Positions 22,591 through 32,545 of a DNA stretch of 32,545 nt are shown here, piece after piece. Numbering within the stretch: position 1 is the stretch's first letter; every line of letters begins with the position of its first letter. The stretch is from Octopus bimaculoides. Its lineage: Eukaryota. The stretch is from assembly GCF_001194135.2 (NCBI RefSeq), contig NC_068992.1, forward strand, positions 66,823,976-66,856,520. Direction: 5' to 3'. The translations under genes and the position numbers were made by a program. The notes beneath the pieces were generated by a model that worked only from the letters and a program-made list of their open reading frames with translations, was not told the origin of the DNA and ran no database searches.

Positions 22591-23156
22591 TTACGTACGT
22601 ATGAATGTATGGATGTATGTATGTACATGTGTGTGTGCGTGTGTATGTGTATATGTGAATGTGTGTATGAATGTATTTATGTATATGTATATATGTATGT
22701 ATGTAAGTATAAAGAAGCAGAAACAAGCGTAGACTTCTTGTTCAGAGGTAATTGTATAAAACTTTCACAAAAAATTTCTGTTCACCATTCCATTACAAAT
22801 TCAATCCGAACTGGTGACAATGATTGAGATCAGACATTCCAGAAATGACTTCACCAAGAAATCGATGAATCGATATTAGTTCATCTCAAGGTAAATCAGA
22901 TAAACCTTTCACCATATCGTCTGGTAATTTAAAAAACTGCATTATCTCTATGAGAAGAGTTACTTTACATTTGGTATATCGTAAAAACTTAGCCCACAGT
23001 TCAGAGCTTCCATTACTTATAGCGTCTGATAGGTTTTGATATGGGTGGATGGGGGACAGGTGAAAATCTTTGTTATTGACCCCAATACTTGGCTGTTAAT
23101 TTATTGATCCTTAGCTTATGAAAGTGAAGTCTGTCACGGTGATATTTTAAACATAA

Positions 23157-23372
23157 TGGCGGTGAGCTGGCAGAGTCGTTAGCACTCCGACCAAAATGCC
23201 GCATTTTTTCCCCCGTTTTTAGGTTCGAGTTCAAATTCTGCCGAGATTGACTTTGCCTCTGATCCTTTCGGATTTGATAGAATAAGTGGCAGCTGAACAC
23301 TGGCGTCGATGTAATCGATTTAGCACCCCGCCTGATACTGTTGGCTTTGTGCTAAAATTTGAAATCGATATT
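23157..23372 (+). mobile_element. Near full-length tRNA-derived SINE (octopus OR-like)
   Basis: A-box region GGCGGTGAGCTGGCAGAGTCGTTAG, B box GAGTTCAAATTC, central GACTTTGCCTCTGATCCTTTCGG...GATAGAATAAGT, and tail GCTTTGTGCTAAAATTTGAAA. Confidence 0.88.
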
Positions 23373-23564
23373 CTGAACATAAACTCAGGTAAACCAAATA
23401 AAAACAACTACTTTACCCTCGTCACTCACTCCATTCTACCAATCCACTGCCTCTTATGGTAAATATTTAAAAAATTAATTTTCACAATTTATTACAGTTC
23501 CTATATATCAATAACATCACACAGTTTGCAAAAGCAATTCAGTCGATATAACCAGCAGTAGTCA

Positions 23565-23730
23565 AGGCGGATGGCTTGATGGTTAGAGTGTTGTAACCAT
23601 GATAATAATAGCGTCAGTTCAATTCCTGGCTCAAATGGTCTTTCGTATTCTTAAGCGAAGCACTTAATTTCACGTTATTTCAGTCTCAATACGTGGGGGA
23701 ACATATACTTCCATGCAAATTCTGTAGAAT
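23565..23730 (+). mobile_element. tRNA-derived CORE-like SINE (second family), diverged
   Basis: A box TGGCTTGATGGT and B box GTTCAATTCC, then TTCTTAAGCGAAGCACTTAATTTCACGTT resembling the CORE (MIR-type) TTGGGCAAGTCACTTAAC segment. Confidence 0.65.
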
Positions 23731-23852
23731 TATTGCAGCTAATTTTCACCAAATTCATTTTTACAAGGTGTTTCTAATCTAGATACGAGGGGCACCGGTT
23801 ACTTGAAACTATCAACTTTAGTACTAGGCTAGAGCATATCTATCTGTCTATT

Positions 23853-23878
23853 TATGTATGTATGTATGTATGTATGTA

Positions 23879-23974
<96 letters not shown>

Positions 23975-23982
23975 TCTCTCTA
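23853..23982. repeat. Compound (TATG)n(TCTG)n(TC)n microsatellite
   Basis: Directly visible. Confidence 0.96.
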
Positions 23983-24094
23983 CACGCACATATATGCACA
24001 CTGTGGCGGATGTATTTTAATGAATGTGTGTTTCTATGTTGTTAGAGATCCAATAACGTAAAACACGGTTTTCACCAAATCAACGAGAGCCAAA

Positions 24095-24600
24095 GAAGAA
24101 GAGGAAGGAGAAAACGGTGAAGGTGAAGAAGGCGAAGAAGAAGAAGAAGAAGAAGAAGAAGAAGAAGAAGAAGAAGAAGAAGAAGAAGAAGAAGNNNNNN
24201 NNNNNNNNNNNNNNNNNNNNNNNNNNNNNNNNNNNNNNNNNNNNNNNNNNNNNNNNNNNNNNNNNNNNNNNNNNNNNNNNNNNNNNNNNNNNNNNNNNNN
24301 NNNNNNNNNNNNNNNNNNNNNNNNNAGAAGAAGAAGAAGAAGGAGGAGGAGGAGGAGGAGGAGGAGGAGAGGAGGAGAAGAAGAAGAAGAAGGAGGAGGA
24401 GGAGGAGGAGGGGGAGGAGAAGAAGAAGGAGGAGGAGGAGGAGAAGAAGAAGAAGAAGAAAAAGGAGGAGGAGGAGAAGAAGAAAAAGAAGAAGAAGAAG
24501 AAGAAGATGAAGAAGAAGAAGAAGAAGAAGAAGAAGAAGAAGAAGAAGAAGAAGAAGCACAACAACAAGAACAACAGCAATAACAACAGCAATAACAACG
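24095..24600. repeat. (GAA)n/(GGA)n/(CAA)n trinucleotide tract with internal gap
   Basis: Directly visible. Confidence 0.95.
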
Positions 24601-24604
24601 ACGA

Positions 24605-24955
24605 TGCTTTCTGATACGGTTCCCAAGGACCCAACAATAATTGGCACTATTTTCACCTTCTTCATTTTCCATAGCCGGACTATTTCGTACTTAAGAGGAT
24701 TGTATCGATCTATCTCTCTTCCTTTCCGCCTTCCTTCTTGACTGTTCGTGGGTCAAAGGGGTACACATCAACTATACAGCACATGTGGTGCACCTTGTCC
24801 ACCACCACTAGTTCCGGTCTGTTATGCTCCAGCACCTGATCTGTTTGGATTGGGAAATCCCAGAGGATTTTGCTAATCTCTAACTCCGCCACTCTCTGCG
24901 GGTTGTGCTCATACCACGCCTTGCCTCTCTCTAGTCCCCGCTTGTCGCACAGTTC
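24605..24955 (-). mobile_element. Second R4/Dong-like LINE fragment (RLE domain), distinct family
   Basis: ELCDKRGLERGKAWYEHNPQRVAELEISKILWDFPIQTDQVLEHNRPELVVVDKVHHMCCIVDV..FD..VKKE / EIDRYNPLKYEIVRLWKMKKVKIVPIIVGSLGTVSE; contains the WYEH-x-P, LWDF-x-IQTD and HNRP(D) motifs, with one frameshift near 24720. Confidence 0.88.
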
Positions 24956-25269
24956 CTTACAGGTTCATTTAAAGTCTGTGTCTCGTGATGCAGAAGACAT
25001 CAATGTTTTACTAGGAGAGAGAGACCAGCGGAGCGGCTGATACAACGCCATATAAGAAGACATCGATTTGGTTGACTCATAAAGCAAAGTGCCATCTATC
25101 GGTGGGTTTCAAAACTATGTTCAGTGGAAGACTTTTCTTTTTTATTTATGTTCAATTTTTTTGTTTATAGAAATAATAAATTGTTAGCCTCATCCGGACA
25201 GCAATTTTTCAATTTGGAAATATCTATACATTTGCTGGCATCCAATGTGTGTCCAAGCTCACATAGGAG

Positions 25270-25625
25270 CACGCGCACACAAACACACACGCATACAGAC
25301 ACAAGCACAAACATACACACGCGCGAACACTGACACATGCACCCACACACACACACACAGACACACACAGATACATACACACAGACACCCACCCACAGAT
25401 ACACACAGACACATTCAAACACAGATACAGACACACAGAGATACACACACAATGACACACGCACGCACACGCATACATACACGCACACAGACACGCGCAC
25501 GTACAAGCACGCGCACACACGTGCATACACATACACACGTACGCACACGCGAGCACAAACACACACAGACACACACACAAACAGACATACCCACGAACAC
25601 ACACACACCCATACACCCACAAACA
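25270..25625. repeat. Degenerate CA-rich low-complexity tract
   Basis: Directly visible. Confidence 0.9.
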
Positions 25626-26214
25626 CGGACATTGATCGTTTATATACATCAGAGTCCGTTATTCGCTTTTATTCTTTTTTATAAATCGATATAATTTTCT
25701 TTCAAAGCATTTATTTTCTTTACGGAACACTAAAACACAAACACAAAATAAGATAAAATAAAATAAAATAAAATGAAAGGAAATAAAATTTGAACGACAA
25801 CCATATAATAGTAAATCTGTTTTAGGTTTATTTAATAATATTATTAACAATATTCCAATTCCGTTGGAATATTTCGATGTTTCAGGTCTCATGGGTGCAA
25901 TTTCGAGAATTCTAAAACTGATTTGATCTCCATTACTATAACAACATGACGAATACAAGTCTTTTCGTTTCGAAAAGAGCACCCAAAATATCCGGTTTCT
26001 TCAGATATACAAATATAATTCTAAATTGAAAAAAGAAAAAAAAGTAATTTGAAATTCCATTGACAAGACTTATTCGAAAATATATAAGCATTTGAAGCAT
26101 TAAAATTGTTAAATAAATGCAAGATAGATTAACTGCTCTCGGTGTCCTTATGTTCGTCCTTCAAATTATGTTTCTTTAAGTATGTCGAGGAAAATAACTA
26201 GAAAAATGTACATA

Positions 26215-26337
26215 ATATATACATACATACACATGCACATACATTCATACATACATACATACATACATAAATATATACATATACATATGCATATATATAT
26301 GTGTGTGTATATATATATATATGTATATATATATATG

Positions 26338-26428
<91 letters not shown>

Positions 26429-26460
26429 GTGTGTGTATGCACACTTACACACATATATAC
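26215..26460. repeat. Compound CATA/TA/TG microsatellite
   Basis: Directly visible. Confidence 0.95.
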
Positions 26461-26479
26461 GTATTTTTATTTTTGTCCA

Positions 26480-26670
26480 GTACGAAGGAATGGAAGACAA
26501 TACTGATCTCAGCAGCATTTTTAGCGTCGTAAGTTCAAATACCGTTGTGGTTCCTTTTGCATTTCACCCTCCTGAAACAGATGTTACAAAATACCTGTAA
26601 AATACTAGGGCTGCTATAAATGATTTTACCTCCCCACCCTTGCTCCTACGTAAAATGTTCTTAATGTTAT
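26480..26670 (+). mobile_element. Highly diverged OR-like SINE
   Basis: CTCAGCAGCATTT...AGTTCAAATACCG...TTTGCATTTCACCCT...ATACCTGTAAAATACTAGGG...ATGATTTTACCTCCCC keeps the family motif order. Confidence 0.55.
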
Positions 26671-27299
26671 GAATACTATTGTTACTAGAGTGTGTGTTTG
26701 CGTGGAGGGGTGTCTGAGTTTTTTGTTGTCGATTATGGAAACGATCGTGGTAGTCAGTGTAGCAGCGTGAATGCATGGCCACAAATCTCCACAATTTATT
26801 AATCAATACTAAAGCTTAATTAACAACAACCTATTTCGTATTTTACGTCGTATTCAAAATTGTTCCAAATGTTCTCCATGTGAAGTTCACATGTTTTGTG
26901 CATGGCAACTGAATACTGCTATATTTTTAATGTTATTTAATAAACATTGACATTTCGATGATAATCAATAAACTACGAATAATTTGAGAATATATTTGCT
27001 TGTATTTTGTCACGCTGCTTCCTTACAGAAGTTAGCTGAACATGCTGAAAGGTAATGGAATGAAGCCGTAAATTTCTTTTCGTAATAAATTAATGATACT
27101 TTTATTTTACTGACTACTTTTCTCTATTTGTAAACACAAAGATTGATCAACACACACATATAAGCAAAAACACATGCGTGCACACACACACACATACACA
27201 CACACACGCGCGCGCATGCATGTAAATAAAGAGATGATAATCTGAAAGATTGAGGGCTTCATTTTTGATCTTTGGAAACCTCATTTCTTCCCCTTGTTA

Positions 27300-27476
27300 T
27301 GTATGCAGCTATTACATACACTCACACGCACACACCCCCACACATAGACACACACGTGTGTGTGTATGTATATATACATCCACCCATCCATCCATCCATC
27401 CATACATACATGTATACATATATATGAATGTACGTATGTATGTATGTATGTATGTATGTATGTATGTATGTATATA

Positions 27477-27512
<36 letters not shown>

Positions 27513-30100
27513 TGTATATANNNNNNNNNNNNNNNNNNNNNNNNNNNNNNNNNNNNNNNNNNNNNNNNNNNNNNNNNNNNNNNNNNNNNNNNNNNNNNNN
27601 NNNNNNNNNNNNNNNNNNNNNNNNNNNNNNNNNNNNNNNNNNNNNNNNNNNNNNNNNNNNNNNNNNNNNNTATGTATGTATGTATGTATATATATATATA
27701 TGTATATATACATACATATATATAGATGTATGTATGTTTGTATGTACGTATGTAAGTATATAACGAACAGATAGGGATGAATTATCCAGGCAGTTACCGT
27801 AAAACCACTCAGTTAAGACTAAGTGCATCCAGCTGTGAGAACTTGTGAGGGACACCTACGATTACTCAAGGTAAGCAATCCGAATCTATTTCATCCGATG
27901 GGTATCCTGTGTTCGCCTCCCTGGATTATCAATATTTTGCTAAATGTATATCCAAGACAATCCAAAAGATTACGGATATTAGACTTTCTGCATTTCTTTT
28001 TTTGTTTGCTTTACAGTCAATTTTATAGCGTATTTAACTGAAATTTGTCTGACGCACGTTTCTGATGCATAGCCATCTTGCAGTTGTATTTGCATAGAGT
28101 TACTTTCGATAGGTTATGCAGCTTTATTCAAGGTCCATCAACCGACGTGGTCTGAAGCGAACGAAATGTACGTAGGTATAACTAACATTGTAGTTTTGGT
28201 AGGGTATTATAGTTTTGAGAGCAAAGACTGTGAGAGGAAGATTTGGAAACCTGATACGGCTATAAAAACTGATATGAGGTTGGCCCTATTCTAAACTTAT
28301 GCTGGGATTTCGAAATCGGAATCTGAGATCATTAATTAGGTCAAAGTATATTTTTAAAAACAGTAGCCTTCGCTGGATTATGAATTAGTGGGCTTCAGAT
28401 GTTGCGTGTAATTACTGGTTACTAATTCAAATATAATTATACATATAAGATATGAAGAACTTACTTGTGAGGCCGCTTCGAATTAATAAATAAATGTGTA
28501 TGTAATGTACATACCGTATACTACCAACAAAGAACAATTAAGAGTTGCTTTGCAAAGCAACCAGCCATTACTGGTGTCCTACTTGTTGATATGCCTAGAT
28601 TCTATTGAATCCTGGAACTGATGTATGTATGTATGTATGTTTCTATGTATGCATCTATCTATACGCGCACACACACAAATACATACCTACATACATACAT
28701 ACATACATACATAATACATACATACATACATGCATACATACATACATGCATATATACATGCATACATACATATATATGCATTAGTTTCAATTTACAAACG
28801 GAAGACATACAACTAATCCCTACATACAATATTTATATTCTTATCAAACTGTAGCTAAAGCCTATAGACTTGTCCATTCATTTATCGAGTTCGAAGCTGA
28901 ACGCTTGATAAGTGAAATGCAACGAGACTCTAGGCTCTTGAGTCACTCTACCTCCTCCGTTTATATATACATATTACTTATATGCATAGACCACTATGTA
29001 TGTATGTGTTAACACATACAAGTATTCTTTACTATATACTAGTAATGCACAGGTGTATAAGACAAGGAGGTGTATATTGGCTTGTGTAAATGCATACGTC
29101 AAATAGTTTCTCTTAAATCAAGCAGAATAACATAAACACCGCGACCACACACACAAACAAAAATACATACACAGATGCAAACATACATACACACACATAC
29201 GTTGTTATATACAATTTGTTGTGTAGTTTATAGCAGCCTCTTACTCATATATATATAAGTATATATATATATATATACATATGTATGTATGTATATATAT
29301 ATATATACAATATATACATATATAGAATATATGTAGNNNNNNNNNNNNNNNNNNNNNNNNNNNNNNNNNNNNNNNNNNNNNNNNNNNNNNNNNNNNNNNN
29401 NNNNNNNNNNNNNNNNNNNNNNNNNNNNNNNNNNNNNNNNNNNNNNNNNNNNNNNNNNNNNNNNNNNNNNNNNNNNNNNNNNNNNNNNNNNNNNNNNNNN
29501 NNNNNNNNNNNNNNNNNNNNNNNNNNNNNNNNNNNNNNNNNNNNNNNNNNNNNNNNNNNNNNNNNNNNNNNNNNNNNNNNNNNNNNNNNNNNNNNNNNNN
29601 NNNNNNNNNNNNNNNNNNNNNNNNNNNNNNNNNNNNNNNNNNNNNNNNNNNNNNNNNNNNNNNNNNNNNNNNNNNNNNNNNNNNNNNNNNNNNNNNNNNN
29701 NNNNNNNNNNNNNNNNNNNNNNNNNNNNNNNNNNNNNNNNNNNNNNNNNNNNNNNNNNNNNNNNNNNTATATATATATATATATGCAAACACACACACAC
29801 ATACAATATATGTATACATACACAAACGCACGTATATATATATATGTATACATATGTATGTATAACATGCACATACATGGACGTGTACACACTCTATTAC
29901 ATAATATGCCACATATAATATATACACACATATATATTAAGGAAACTTAATATATTTAGACAAGATGTGATAAATATCAAAGTTGTTTACAAGTTATAAA
30001 TCTGTCAGTTGCAACCAGCATTCTAAAATATCTTGTGTATCATTGTGGAAAGTGGCGAGATTTGCACACCATCAGACTTATGTTCACACACCCGCACCAT

Positions 30101-30162
<62 letters not shown>

Positions 30163-30423
30163 GCATCATACATGCATACACATACACACATACATAGATA
30201 GATGCAGATGCACGCAACGCAAACAGATAACCGCATCCATAAACATATAGATACATACTCACATACACATATATAGATGTATAACATATACCCATACACA
30301 CAAAGACACGGTCACACACACAAATATATAAAATCAGTATATATAGATATATAGATATATAGATATATAGATATATAGATATACGCATACATATGCATAT
30401 ATATATATATATGTATGTATATA

Positions 30424-30480
<57 letters not shown>

Positions 30481-30625
30481 GTATACACACATATATATGT
30501 ACATGCATATATACAAACATGCATTCTCACAAACACACGCACACACATATATACATATATGAAAGACGTACACCCACACAGACAAAGATGTACACATACA
30601 TAGACACATGCATACACACACACAT
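27300..30625. repeat. Region dominated by TATG/TA/CA microsatellite tracts (27300-27760, 28620-28780, 29240-29940, 30085-30625)
   Basis: Directly visible; interleaved unique segments show no recognisable genes. Confidence 0.9.
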
Positions 30626-31554
30626 TTAGAGACGTTCTTATCTACATAGAAATTCCCCACCACATTCCCCCCACCTCTCTTCTCTTTCTTACTGGAGTGT
30701 TTTATATCTCTACCCGCTCTTTGAAATACCCTCTCCAATCTACCCAATTCCTTCCCCCTCCCACACTCCGTTACTACCACCTCATTTACAGAACCACAAT
30801 TATTGCTGTCACCACCATCACCAGCACCATCATCATAGCATAATCATCACCATCACTACTATCAACACTCCTCCTNNNNNNNNNNNNNNNNNNNNNNNNN
30901 NNNNNNNNNNNNNNNNNNNNNNNNNNNNNNNNNNNNNNNNNNNNNNNNNNNNNNNNNNNNNNNNNNNNNNNNNNNNNNNNNNNNNNNNNNNNNNNNNNNN
31001 NNNNNNNNNNNNNNNNNNNNNNNNNNNNNNNNNNNNNNNNNNNNNNNNNNNNNNNNNNNNNNNNNNNNNNNNNNNNNNNNNNNNNNNNNNNNNNNNNNNN
31101 NNNNNNNNNNNNNNNNNNNNNNNNNNNNNNNNNNNNNNNNNNNNNNNNNNNNNNNNNNNNNNNNNNNNNNNNNNNNNNNNNNNNNNNNNNNNNNNNNNNN
31201 NNNNNNNNNNNNNNNNNNNNNNNNNNNNNNNNNNNNNNNNNNNNNNNNNNNNNNNNNNNNNNNNNNNNNNNNNNNNNNNNCTACTACTACTACTACCACC
31301 ACCACATAACTTAAGAGGTTTGAGACGGAGTTGCTTTTTTAAGTGAATTGGTAAGTTTTCGGCAAAGAACGCAGTTCTATTTAATAATTCTCGGAGATCT
31401 GTCGAAGAAGAATGGTCGAAAATAGCTGTGGAATTATTTACGTAGACATTAAAAAAGAGATTATTCTTCATTAAGTATATTTAATTGGAAATTACAGTTT
31501 TAATTGTAACATTTGACCTCATTTTGTAATCAGTTTTCATACAATGATGGTTCG

Positions 31555-31570
31555 GCTTCTTTCTTTCTTT

Positions 31571-31602
<32 letters not shown>

Positions 31603-31800
31603 TGTCTTCTCTTTATAGTTCTTTTTAAACATCATATTCACCTCTATTCTTCTATAATCATCTAATTTGTTGTNNNNNNNNNNTTGTTCTTCTTCTTCTT
31701 CTTGTTCTTCTTCTTCTTGTTCTTCTTCTTCTTGTTCTTCTTCTTCTTCTTCTTCTTCTTCTTCTTCTTCTTCTTCTTCTTCTTCTTCTCCTTTTCTTCT
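31555..31800. repeat. (TTTC)n and (TTC)n/(TTCTTCTTCTTG)n microsatellites
   Basis: Directly visible. Confidence 0.95.
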
Positions 31801-31859
31801 TCTTCTCTCTTTTTATTCTCCCCTTCTTCTCATCCGTATCCCCCTTCTTCCCCCTCATC

Positions 31860-32210
31860 TTAACAGCTCTTCATTTCTTCTTTGCCCCTGTATCCATTCC
31901 CCCCCCCGTTTTAACAGCCTTCGTTCGCCGCACCACCATCTCAGCCAGGTGACGTCTACAAGCACGAGGGCACTACACTAGTAGTTGACCCTAAAGCGAT
32001 CACCATAGGGCAGTGTCTGGAATGTAAACTGGCTGCGCCAAGCTTATTGGATTCGGTCTTTCTGATGAAGGACGCTCTACGAAAAGTTAAGACGCTTATC
32101 CTTTGGATGAAAGCTTTAAGTTAATAAGTAATTAAAAAAACTGCCTTCCCCTTGGATTGTTCTTTTTTATGTTTCATTGTATTTACACTACACACATCAA
32201 TCGATATATT
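31860..32210 (+). mobile_element. Probable Penelope-type terminal repeat / non-autonomous element with hammerhead-like core
   Basis: GTCTT-T-CTGATGA-AGGACGCTCTAC-GAAA-AGTT-AAGAC at 32056-32093; the segment ends near ATCGATATAT. Outer boundaries are approximate. Confidence 0.45.
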
Positions 32211-32545
32211 CGCTTAAAATTTGAAATAATTAACTCAGCAACAACATACCATAACAGAAATGAAAATGATCTCTTTTGCATTAACAAGTAGAAGGAGCAG
32301 AAAGCGACTTCTGTGGTAAATTTCAGCTTCGCAGTTTTGGAAGTAGGGCTGAGACTTGCTTCAGCCTCAAATAATATCATCTTAAATGCACCGTTGAAGG
32401 CTTGAATGTTTTTGTAAGAAAATAAGGTTCAGAATTTGTGCCTTTTGGCAGAATATTTAGAGGTCTGGCAAGATACTTGGCGGAATTTCTGGTGATATTA
32501 GCAATTACTGTATACATATTAGAAATGTATGTATGCACACACACA

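Noticed and set aside
23157-23700. tRNA genes at the A/B-box-containing segments
   Set aside because: No cloverleaf can be formed and the boxes continue into SINE bodies; these are tRNA-derived SINE heads.
25849-25873. 10-bp perfect stem AATATTCCAA-TTCCG-TTGGAATATT
   Set aside because: AT-rich, short and isolated; compatible with chance. A prokaryotic terminator reading does not apply to this DNA.
27831-27876. Strong AAG|GTAAGC donor within ORF 27823-28041
   Set aside because: No convincing acceptor and no recognisable peptide.
31960-31985. GCACGAGGGCACTACACTAGT resembling a Helitron 3' end
   Set aside because: The upstream arm needed for the subterminal hairpin is missing.

Overview
AT-rich, microsatellite-saturated eukaryotic DNA with ten assembly gaps (about 3.3 kb of N). 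It reads as intronic or intergenic. The SINE families and simple-repeat load resemble a coleoid cephalopod (Octopus-like) genome; that assignment is inferred from recalled repeat consensus sequences, not from a search. No intact gene, rRNA, tRNA or CRISPR array is supported, and nearly all ORF-track entries are translations of microsatellites or N runs. Recognisable elements are decayed: several tRNA-derived SINEs, two R4/Dong-like (RLE) LINE 3' fragments, a Penelope-like ORF remnant, two Penelope-type terminal-repeat fragments carrying hammerhead-ribozyme relics, a pogo/Tigger transposase remnant plus a solo Tigger-like terminus, and a mariner-derived MITE. The most interesting unexplained items are a gap-free 93-bp-arm inverted repeat (13385-13638), the two complementary hammerhead relics, a Dong-like element embedded in (TAA)n, and a few isolated candidate exons. 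I do not see a clearly new biological system.
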